A program made the position numbers and the translations under genes. Of a DNA stretch of 64,000 nucleotides, positions 46,235 to 53,520 are shown in pieces (positions within the stretch are counted from its first letter, which is position 1; every line of letters begins with the position of its first letter). Origin of the DNA: an uncultured delta proteobacterium (GTDB lineage Bacteria > Myxococcota > Myxococcia > Myxococcales > Myxococcaceae); NCBI GenBank assembly GCA_963796055.1, contig CAWCKH010000004.1, positions 3,040,001 through 3,104,000 of the forward strand. The letters are read 5' to 3'. The notes beneath the pieces were generated by a model. It worked only from the letters and a program-made list of their open reading frames with translations, was not told the origin of the DNA and ran no database searches.

Positions 46235-48063
46235 CCGCCGGCGCCCCCCCGCTGGCGCAGCGCCCAGAACCGCTGCTGCAATCCTAGATTGAGCGGATCC
46301 ATCTCCAGCGCCCGCTCGTACGCCTCGAGCGCCTGGGAGCGCTGCCCGCTGGACTCGAAGCCGCGCGCCGCCGCCGCCTGCACGTGCGCCCGGGCCTCGG
46401 CGCCGGGGTGGGTGGCGAGGAAGCGCGCCCGGTGTTGCTCCAGCACGGTGACGGTGAGACCGGCGGAGATGCAGCGGGCCACCCCGCGGAAGTTCCCCGC
46501 CTCGGCGTCGACCTCGACCCGTCGCGCCGGCGTGGCGATACGCTCCACGGACTCGGCGAGCCTGGCCAGCAGACGCCTCGCCTCGTCTTGCTGCCCGGGC
46601 GTGGCACCCCGGGCCTGGATGCCCTCGAGCTCGGTCCGCAGCTCGCGCCACCGCGAGCGGATGTCGTCGAACTCGGCGTCCTGGGGAAGCCCGAGGCGTG
46701 CGTACGGATCGCTGGGAGCAGTGCGCGCGCGACCGAGGATGCGTTCGGCTTCCGGGTCACCGGCGCCCTTGGGGGTGAGCGGGGCGAGGCCCCTCATCCG
46801 CCGCGACACGGCCTCCTTGAACGGCGGTGCCGGCTCGAGGAACTGCAGCGCCACGCCGGCGGCGAAGCCCCAGGCCCGGGCCTGCAGCTCGGGGACCTGC
46901 CGCACCACCTCGGCACGGGTCAGCGCCCCGGGCGGGTTCTCCAGCGACACCTGGACGCGAGTGAAGAGCGCCGGGAGCGGCTCCGGAACGCAGGCGTACA
47001 CGCCGGCGCGCGAGAGGTCCCGGAGGTCCACCGTGCGTGCCGCGCCGTCGAGGATGAGCGTCCCGCGGAACGTCACCGGCGTCGGCGCGGGGCTCGACGG
47101 CGCGGGGGCGTGTGTGACGTGGGGCGTGGGGACACGGGGGGTGGGGCCGGTGGCGACGGCTCCAGGCTCCGCGGCGACCGGGCCGCTGCTCGCGGCAGTG
47201 CGGGTGAGGGCGCGCTCCAGCGTGGCCCGGAACGCGTCGGCGTCCGGGAAGCGATCCTCGCGCCGCTTGGCCAGCGCGCCGAGGATGGCGTCGGACCAGG
47301 CGGCGCTCAGGCGCGGGTTCAGCTCGCGCGGGGGAACGGGCGGCGTGTCGCGGTGGGCGAGCAGGATGCCGGTGACCCCGCCCCCGGTGAAGGGCAACCG
47401 GCCGGTGGCCAGGCGGTAGGCGATGACCCCCAGCGCGTACAGGTCGGCGCGGCCGTCCAGCGTCTCGCCCGCTCCCTGCTCCGGGGCCATGTACTCGGGC
47501 GTGCCGACAATCCACCCGGCGTGGGTCTGGCCCTCCTGGGTCTCGCCGCCGAAGAGCTTGGCGATGCCGAAGTCGAGGATCTTCACGAACGGTGGGCCGT
47601 CGCGGCGGCAGAGGAAGATGTTCTCGGGCTTGAGGTCCCGGTGCACCACCCCGCGGGCGTGGGCCGCCTGCAGCGCCTGGCAGACCTGGATGAGGATCGG
47701 CAGCGCGCGCTCCGGCGGCATCGGCCCGGGCGGTGCAGCGGAGAGCGGCTCGCCCTCCAGGTATTCCATGATCAGGTAGTACCGCCTCGGCGGCACCACG
47801 TTCATGTCGAAGATGTTGACGATGTTCGGGTGGCCGATGAGGTTGACCGCCCGCGCCTCGGCGTAGAACCGCTGGACCAGCGAGGCGTCCGAGGCGAGGT
47901 GCTCGTGGAGCACCTTCACCGCGACCTTGCTCCCGATGAGCGCCTGCTCGCCCAGGTAGACCGAGCCCATCCCGCCATGGCCAATCCGCCGGACCAGGCG
48001 GAAGCTGCCCACCGTGGTGCCCAGGAGAGGGTCGGGCGCGCTGGTCGCAGGGGTCGAGGCCAT
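46231..48063 (-). CDS. Ser/Thr protein kinase with C-terminal PilZ-like and J-like segments
   Basis: GHGGMGSV, VAVK, HRDLKPEN, DFG, GTPEYMAPE; DLSRAGVY..GVALQF (PilZ-like); DPYARLGL (J-like, no HPD). Confidence 0.92.
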   Translation of the reverse strand: MASTPATSAPDPLLGTTVGSFRLVRRIGHGGMGSVYLGEQALIGSKVAVKVLHEHLASDASLVQRFYAEARAVNLIGHPNIVNIFDMNVVPPRRYYLIMEYLEGEPLSAAPPGPMPPERALPILIQVCQALQAAHARGVVHRDLKPENIFLCRRDGPPFVKILDFGIAKLFGGETQEGQTHAGWIVGTPEYMAPEQGAGETLDGRADLYALGVIAYRLATGRLPFTGGGVTGILLAHRDTPPVPPRELNPRLSAAWSDAILGALAKRREDRFPDADAFRATLERALTRTAASSGPVAAEPGAVATGPTPRVPTPHVTHAPAPSSPAPTPVTFRGTLILDGAARTVDLRDLSRAGVYACVPEPLPALFTRVQVSLENPPGALTRAEVVRQVPELQARAWGFAAGVALQFLEPAPPFKEAVSRRMRGLAPLTPKGAGDPEAERILGRARTAPSDPYARLGLPQDAEFDDIRSRWRELRTELEGIQARGATPGQQDEARRLLARLAESVERIATPARRVEVDAEAGNFRGVARCISAGLTVTVLEQHRARFLATHPGAEARAHVQAAAARGFESSGQRSQALEAYERALEMDPLNLGLQQRFWALRQRGGAGG

Positions 48064-48135
48064 CGGGGGGAACGAACCGAAAATGTCCCATGCCCGGACG
48101 ACAGGTGCAAAGCGATCGGAGTGCGGCCTGGCGGA

Positions 48136-48222
48136 TGGCGCGCCAGCGACCTTGCTCAGCCCCCCGCACCAGGGGGACGCCTGAGGAAGCGCGCAGTGGC
48201 GCGCCAGCGACCTTGCTCAGCC
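48136..48222. repeat. Exact 26-bp direct repeat, 2 copies, 35-bp spacer
   Basis: TGGCGCGCCAGCGACCTTGCTCAGCC at 48136-48161 and 48197-48222. Confidence 0.9.
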
Positions 48223-49941
48223 GGCGCGGCGGCGTCGAATCTCCGCCAGGAACTCGTCGGGCCCGCGGGTGTTCAGCACGTCCGAGGTCCGGGCGCCACC
48301 CTTGCGCGCGGTGTGGATGGCAAACGCCACGTTGTGGAGGGCCAGCGTGCTGTGGGCGTCCGCCGAGACCACCAGGCGCGCCCCCGCCTGGAGCGCCAGG
48401 CGCACGTGCTCCGCCGAGAGGTCCATCCGCTCCGGGTTGCCGTTCACCTCCAGCAGAACGCCCCGCTTCGCCGCCCGCTCCACCACCGCCGGCATGTTGA
48501 GCGGCGACGGGTCGCGCCGCTGGAGGAGGCGGCCGGTGGGATGTCCGAGCACGTCGGTGCAAGGGTGATCCAGGGCCTTCAGGACCCGGGCGGTCATCGC
48601 CGCCTCGTCCTGGCCGTGGCGGACGTGCACCGAGGCAATCACCACGTCGAGCTCGGCCAGGAGCCGGTCCGAGAGGTCCAGCGCTCCGTCCTCGAGGATG
48701 TCGACCTCGAGCCCCCGGAAGAGGCGGATCTGGGGCACTGCCTCCTGGACCCGGGCGATCTCCTCCCACTGCGAGCGGACCCGGCCCTCGTCCAGCCCCC
48801 CGGCGTAGGCCGCGGCCGCGCTGTGGTCGGTGACCGTCAGGTAGCGAAGCCCCATCGCCGCGGCGGCGCGGGCCATGTCCTCGAGGCTGGACTTGCCGTC
48901 GCTCCAGGTGGTGTGGCTGTGCACCACTCCCTGGACGGCGGACGGCTGCAGGACGTCCGCCGGCAGGGTGCCGGACAGCGCGGCCTCGAACTCGCCCAGG
49001 TCCTCCCGCAGCTCCGGCGGAACGTAGGTCATCCCCAGAAGCGCGTAGAGCGCCTCCTCGGTGGGGACCGGCAGCTTCTCCTCCCCCCGGAACACCCCCC
49101 ACTCGCTGATGGTGAGCCCGAGGTCGCGGGCCCGACCGCGCAGCCGGACGTGGTGCGTCTTGGACCCGGTGAAGTGGTGCAGCGCCGTGACGTAGTCCTC
49201 GTCCGGGAGCACGCGCAGGTCCACTTGAAGTCCGTCCTCGAGCCGGACCGAGCACTTGCTGTCTCCCTGGCCGAGGACCTCGCGCACGCCGGACTGGCGG
49301 GCGAGCACCGCGAGGACGGGCCCGGCCTCGGGTGCCGAGGCGACGATGTCCACGTCGGACACCAGCTCGCACCACCGGCGGACGCTGCCGGCCATCTCGG
49401 CCCGGACCACGCCTGGGGCCGCCCGGACCTCGGAGAGGAGCGCCTGGGCCACCGGGAGCACCTCCCCGAGGCGGTGACGGGCGTGGGCCGAGCGGTACTG
49501 CTCGATGCCAGCGAGGATCTTCTGCTCGCTCCGCTCCCCGAAGCCCTTCAGCCCACGCACCCGCTGGTCGTGGCAGGCCTGCTCGAGCTGTTCGATGCTC
49601 CCGATGCCGAGGGCCCGGTGAAGGGCGGCGGCCTTCCTGGCCCCCAGGTCCGGGAGCCGGAGCAGCTCCAGGATGCCCGGCGGGAACTCGGCGCGGAGCT
49701 GCTCGAGGAGCGGCAGGGACCCGGTGCGGTGCAGCTCGGAGATCTTCTCCGCCAGCGCCGGGCCGATGTTGGGCAGCTCGGTGAGGCGGCGCTCGCGCAC
49801 CAGCGCGTCGAGATCGCCGCTGAAGCCGGCCATCCGGTCGGCGCCGAGGTCGTAGGCGCGTGACTTGTAGAAATCGTCGCCCTTCAGCTGGAGGTATTGC
49901 GACACCTCGCGCAGGGCCCGGGCGATGCTCAGAGGATCCAT
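48217..49941 (-). CDS. polX: DNA polymerase/3'-5' exonuclease PolX (PolX plus PHP)
   Basis: AGSVRR, SDVDI, QVDLR, HFTGS, PPELRED, HSHTTWSDG, TDHS, GHPTGRLL, DAH. Confidence 0.95.
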   Translation of the reverse strand: MDPLSIARALREVSQYLQLKGDDFYKSRAYDLGADRMAGFSGDLDALVRERRLTELPNIGPALAEKISELHRTGSLPLLEQLRAEFPPGILELLRLPDLGARKAAALHRALGIGSIEQLEQACHDQRVRGLKGFGERSEQKILAGIEQYRSAHARHRLGEVLPVAQALLSEVRAAPGVVRAEMAGSVRRWCELVSDVDIVASAPEAGPVLAVLARQSGVREVLGQGDSKCSVRLEDGLQVDLRVLPDEDYVTALHHFTGSKTHHVRLRGRARDLGLTISEWGVFRGEEKLPVPTEEALYALLGMTYVPPELREDLGEFEAALSGTLPADVLQPSAVQGVVHSHTTWSDGKSSLEDMARAAAAMGLRYLTVTDHSAAAAYAGGLDEGRVRSQWEEIARVQEAVPQIRLFRGLEVDILEDGALDLSDRLLAELDVVIASVHVRHGQDEAAMTARVLKALDHPCTDVLGHPTGRLLQRRDPSPLNMPAVVERAAKRGVLLEVNGNPERMDLSAEHVRLALQAGARLVVSADAHSTLALHNVAFAIHTARKGGARTSDVLNTRGPDEFLAEIRRRRAG

Positions 49942-49980
49942 GTCTCGGGAGACTCTCTTGTTAATGTCCGGGGCCGACAG

Positions 49981-50295
49981 ATGCGAATCGAGCTCGGAGC
50001 GGCGGACCTGGAAGAAGGGGAGCTGCGGGGGTACGACCTGGGCAAGCGCGCGGTCTGCGTCGCGCGCGTGAACGGGCGGTACAAGGCCCTGGACGACTGG
50101 TGCAACCATGCAGGATGCCTGCTCTCCGGCGGCCGGGTGGAGGGCAACCTGGTCGTCTGCCCGTGCCATGAGGTTGGGTTCGACCTCGACACCGGCGCCA
50201 ACGCCACCTCCCCGGGCGTCTGTGACGACCAGCCCACCGCGCAGGTGACGGTGGAGGCCGGACGGCTGCTCCTGGACCTGGAGGAGGGTTCCTGA
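49981..50295 (+). CDS. Rieske-type ferredoxin
   Basis: CNH...CPCH, FDLDTG. Confidence 0.92.
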   Translation: MRIELGAADLEEGELRGYDLGKRAVCVARVNGRYKALDDWCNHAGCLLSGGRVEGNLVVCPCHEVGFDLDTGANATSPGVCDDQPTAQVTVEAGRLLLDLEEGS

Positions 50296-50879
50296 TGGGC
50301 CACGGGCACGACCCCAAGCATCGGCAGGGACACCACGGCGGGCACGCTTCGGGGCACGGCGTCCCGGCGCACGGTGAGAGCTCCGCCCGCGAGCACCGGA
50401 GCGCTGCCCCCACGCACGTCGCCTGCTTCGTCCTGACCTGCTCGGACTCGCGGGCCCAGGCCGACGACGTGAGCGGGCGGGCACTGCGCGAAGGCCTGGA
50501 GGCGGCCGGCCATACCGTGGTGGGCCAGACGGTGGTCCGGGACGAGCCGGAGGCCATCCGCGCCGCGGTGGAGCGTGGGCTCGAGGGCGGGGCCCGGGCA
50601 GTGCTCGTCACCGGGGGCACCGGCATCACCCGGCGCGACCAGACGGTGGAGGCAATCCGCCCCCTGCTGGAGAAGGAGATCCCCGGCTTCGGCGAGCTGT
50701 TCCGGATGCTCTCCTACGAGGAGGTCGGCAGCGCGGCCTGGCTCTCGCGGGCACTGGCCGGAACGGTCCGCGGAGCGCTGGTCTTCGTGCTCCCCGGAAG
50801 CCCCAACGCGGTCCGGCTGGCGCTGGACCGGCTCATCCTCCCCGAACTGGGGCACGCCGTGCGCGAGCTGAGCCGGTAG
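50295..50879 (+). CDS. moaB: Molybdenum cofactor biosynthesis protein MoaB/MogA family
   Basis: LTCSDS, DDVSG, TGGTG..RDQT, IPGFGELFR, LSRA, LPGSPNAV. Confidence 0.9.
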   Translation: MGHGHDPKHRQGHHGGHASGHGVPAHGESSAREHRSAAPTHVACFVLTCSDSRAQADDVSGRALREGLEAAGHTVVGQTVVRDEPEAIRAAVERGLEGGARAVLVTGGTGITRRDQTVEAIRPLLEKEIPGFGELFRMLSYEEVGSAAWLSRALAGTVRGALVFVLPGSPNAVRLALDRLILPELGHAVRELSR

Positions 50880-50886
50880 CCCGGGA

Positions 50887-51816
50887 ATGCGGCGTGGACG
50901 CACGCACCGGCTGTCGACCGAGCGGGCGGCACGGTTGCGCCTGGCGCTCGACCGGCTGGAGCGGACGTCTCCTCCCCGACGGCGGTTGCCGCTCGACCCG
51001 GTGTCGCTCCCGCATCGCTACTCGGACCCGCGGGACGTGGAGGTCGCCGGGCTGCTCGCGGCCTCGCTGGCCTATGGGCGGGCGGACCTGTTCCTGCCCA
51101 GGGTTTCCCGGCTGCTGGAGGGGATGGCGCCGTCACCGGCGGCGTTCGTCCGGGCGCTGGACGTGGCGGGAGCGCGCGCGCTGCTCTCCGGCTTCGTCTA
51201 CCGCTTCAACGTCGGCGCGGACGTGGCGGTGCTGCTCCTGGGAATGGGGCGGATGCTCGCGCGCCGGGGCTCGCTCGAGGCCGGGTTCGTGGCGGCGCGC
51301 CAGGCGTCGGGTGGCGACCTGCACTGTGCGCTCTCCGGGTTCGTCGGCGAGCTCCGCGAGGTGGACCTGCGGGCCATCGAGCGAGCGTTGGGGAAGACGC
51401 GAGGGCTCGATCATCTGTTGCCAGTCGCTCTGGGGGCTGGCGCCGCGAAGCGGCTGCACCTCTACCTCCGCTGGATGGTGCGGGGGCCGGACGGAATCGA
51501 CCTGGGCATCTGGAAGAAGGTGCCGCCGAGCGCGCTCCTGGTGCCGCTGGACACCCACGTCGCCCGGCTGGCCTGGCGGCTGGGCCTGGTGCGGCGGAGG
51601 ACGATGGGCTGGGCCGCGGCCGAGGACATCACCCGTAACCTCGAGGTCATCGATCCCGAGGACCCGGTCCGCTTCGACTTCGTGCTCTGCCACCACGGGA
51701 TGAGCGGGGCGTGCCCACCGCGCGCGCGGGCAGAGCTGTGTGCCCGGTGCGTGCTCCAGCCGGAGTGCAGCGTGGGGCGCAGGCTCACCCCGGGCTCGGC
51801 CCCGGCTCGGGGCTAG
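50887..51816 (+). CDS. TIGR02757 family protein (HhH-GPD/endonuclease III-related)
   Basis: DPVSLPHRY, ASLAYGR, KRLHLYLRWMVR, DLGIW, PLDTHV, DPVRFDF. Confidence 0.88.
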   Translation: MRRGRTHRLSTERAARLRLALDRLERTSPPRRRLPLDPVSLPHRYSDPRDVEVAGLLAASLAYGRADLFLPRVSRLLEGMAPSPAAFVRALDVAGARALLSGFVYRFNVGADVAVLLLGMGRMLARRGSLEAGFVAARQASGGDLHCALSGFVGELREVDLRAIERALGKTRGLDHLLPVALGAGAAKRLHLYLRWMVRGPDGIDLGIWKKVPPSALLVPLDTHVARLAWRLGLVRRRTMGWAAAEDITRNLEVIDPEDPVRFDFVLCHHGMSGACPPRARAELCARCVLQPECSVGRRLTPGSAPARG

Positions 51817-52346
51817 GCTCCGGTGAGCAGCGCTGCCGCGACCGCACCGGCGCCCGCGACGTCCGGCTCCGTTCCCTGGAGGACGCTCACCTTGACGCAG
51901 GCGTCGCCCCGGGTGACGTAGACCGCGTCGGCGGTGGTCCAGCTGGGAGCTCCGAGCGCCAGCGACACCGGAACGCCCGCCGCGGCGGTGCACTGCATCT
52001 CGGCCTCTCCGCGGTCCAGCCAGGTGCGGATCTCCAGTCGCAGCTCGACCCCCGCTCCGTTCAAGGTCCAGACGGTGGACGCGCTGAGCTCGGCCCCGGC
52101 GGGTTCCGCGAGGGCGACGCCGAGTGCGGTCTCGAGCGCGAAGCGGTCGAGCGCCAGCGCCCGGCTCGGCGCCCAGGGTCCGGGAAGCACGGCCTGGGTG
52201 CCCGGGGACGGGTCGACTCCGCTTCCCGGGTCGTCGGTCGTGGTGGGCGAGGTGGAGGGAGCGTCCGTGCCCGAGCCGCAGGCCAGGACGAGCGCCAGCG
52301 TGGCGACCAGGATGGGACTGCGCCCTGCGGTCAGGCGGCGAGCCAT
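51813..52346 (-). CDS. Hypothetical lipoprotein
   Basis: Lipobox LVLA/CG, Pro/Ser/Thr linker; 1 nt downstream of the Hcp-like gene. Confidence 0.6.
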   Translation of the reverse strand: MARRLTAGRSPILVATLALVLACGSGTDAPSTSPTTTDDPGSGVDPSPGTQAVLPGPWAPSRALALDRFALETALGVALAEPAGAELSASTVWTLNGAGVELRLEIRTWLDRGEAEMQCTAAAGVPVSLALGAPSWTTADAVYVTRGDACVKVSVLQGTEPDVAGAGAVAAALLTGA

Positions 52347-52347
52347 C

Positions 52348-52923
52348 TCACCGAGCGTTACGGCCGGCGGACGGCGAGATGACGTTCACCTTGTTGGACT
52401 TGACGTCGAAGGTGACCGAGTCCGCCGGATCGAAGACCTCCCAGCGGACGGACTCGAAGATGAGCTGGACCTCGTCGACCAGCCGCGTGTCGAGGCTCCG
52501 CTCGTTGAGGCCCACCACGATCACCCCCTGGAGCGTGATGCGGTAGCCGAGGACGCCTTTGCCGTCCTGAGCCTGGTCGGAGAACTCGATCACCACCGTC
52601 TTGATGTGCTCGCCGGTCAGCAGTGCCTTGAGCAGCTTGAGGCTGGACGGTCCCTGGACCTTGTTGAAGACCACCGGTCCAAGGGTCGCCTTCCCGGTGC
52701 CGCCGCCACTGCCACCGCCGGTCGTCGCCGACTGTCGCCAGGTCTCCGAGAAGTTGAACCCCTCGATCTGGCCCTCGTGGCCCTTGACCCTGGACTCGCC
52801 GGTCACTCCGTCGACGGTGACGAAGAACGGGCCCGACTGGACATCGTCGCGATCGTGCGCGCGTGCAGCGGAAGTGTGGACCAGAGCGAGCGCGATGACC
52901 GCCGAGGCGAGCATTCTCTTCAT
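52348..52923 (-). CDS. Hcp (T6SS tube) family protein with N-terminal signal peptide
   Basis: VDGVTGES..GHEGQIE, GGGSGGGTGKA, KVQGPSSLKL, GEHIKTV, YRITLQGVIV, DEVQLIFESV; preceded by MKRMLASAVIALALVHTSAARA. Confidence 0.82.
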   Translation of the reverse strand: MKRMLASAVIALALVHTSAARAHDRDDVQSGPFFVTVDGVTGESRVKGHEGQIEGFNFSETWRQSATTGGGSGGGTGKATLGPVVFNKVQGPSSLKLLKALLTGEHIKTVVIEFSDQAQDGKGVLGYRITLQGVIVVGLNERSLDTRLVDEVQLIFESVRWEVFDPADSVTFDVKSNKVNVISPSAGRNAR

Positions 52924-53144
52924 TCGAGACCCCCACACGTCGACCGACGCCGGCGACGGAGCGGCGGACTTTGCCACTGCCCGCTCCCGCACGAGGAGTG
53001 GGTCCGTTTCGCCTCGTCCTCGCTCACACGGGCCCACCGGTGGGGAGGAGTGTGGATGCAACGCCTCGGCGCGGGCAGGTCTACTCGAGAACGGGGGAAG
53101 GCCGGTCCCCACGGTCGCGAAGTGCGAGCGAAAGGGGAGAGCCA

Positions 53145-53399
53145 GTGAAGAGCTGGTGGATTGGAAGTGTCGCGGCGCTCGCCGTCGCGCTGGCTGGATG
53201 TGGCTCCGGGGCGAACTGCAAGGACGCCTGCGACAAGCTTCAATCGTGCAGCCTGAACTCGTCCGGTCTGTCGTGCGATGCGAGCTGCGGCAGCCCGGAT
53301 GACACCTGTGCCGGATGCCTGAACAGCACGAGCTGCGCGGACATCACCGCGGGCTCCTGCGCCTCGAGTTGCACCCAGGCGACGTTCACCCCGAAGTAG
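53145..53399 (+). CDS. Small Cys-rich lipoprotein
   Basis: AAAGGGGAG RBS-like, GTG 53145, lipobox LAG/C, 10 further Cys in ~65 aa. Confidence 0.75.
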   Translation: MKSWWIGSVAALAVALAGCGSGANCKDACDKLQSCSLNSSGLSCDASCGSPDDTCAGCLNSTSCADITAGSCASSCTQATFTPK

Positions 53400-53438
53400 C
53401 CGGCCCAGCGCGCCGCTAGGAGCCTGTAGCTCATAGCT

Positions 53439-53520
53439 GACTGCGGCCGCCCGGACCTCGCCGACTGCGGCCTACTTGGCGACACCCTGACCCGGATCTC
53501 GACTGCGGCCGCCCTGACCT
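53439..53520. repeat. 20-bp direct repeat (19/20), 2 copies plus a 10-bp partial copy
   Basis: GACTGCGGCCGCCC(G/T)GACCT at 53439-53458 and 53501-53520; GACTGCGGCC at 53463-53472. Confidence 0.8.

Noticed and set aside
48136..48222. CRISPR array
   Set aside because: Only two repeats, one overlapping a coding end; no third copy, leader or cas genes. Kept only as a direct repeat
41372..49863. Very long antisense or alternate-frame ORFs (e.g. 41372..44755, 46384..49863; also 913..3117, 33028..35664, 36436..39045)
   Set aside because: Shadow ORFs expected in high-GC coding DNA; they overlap well-supported genes and lack motifs
52348..52923. A type VI secretion gene cluster
   Set aside because: No tss, vgrG or PAAR genes in the window; the Hcp-like gene is solitary
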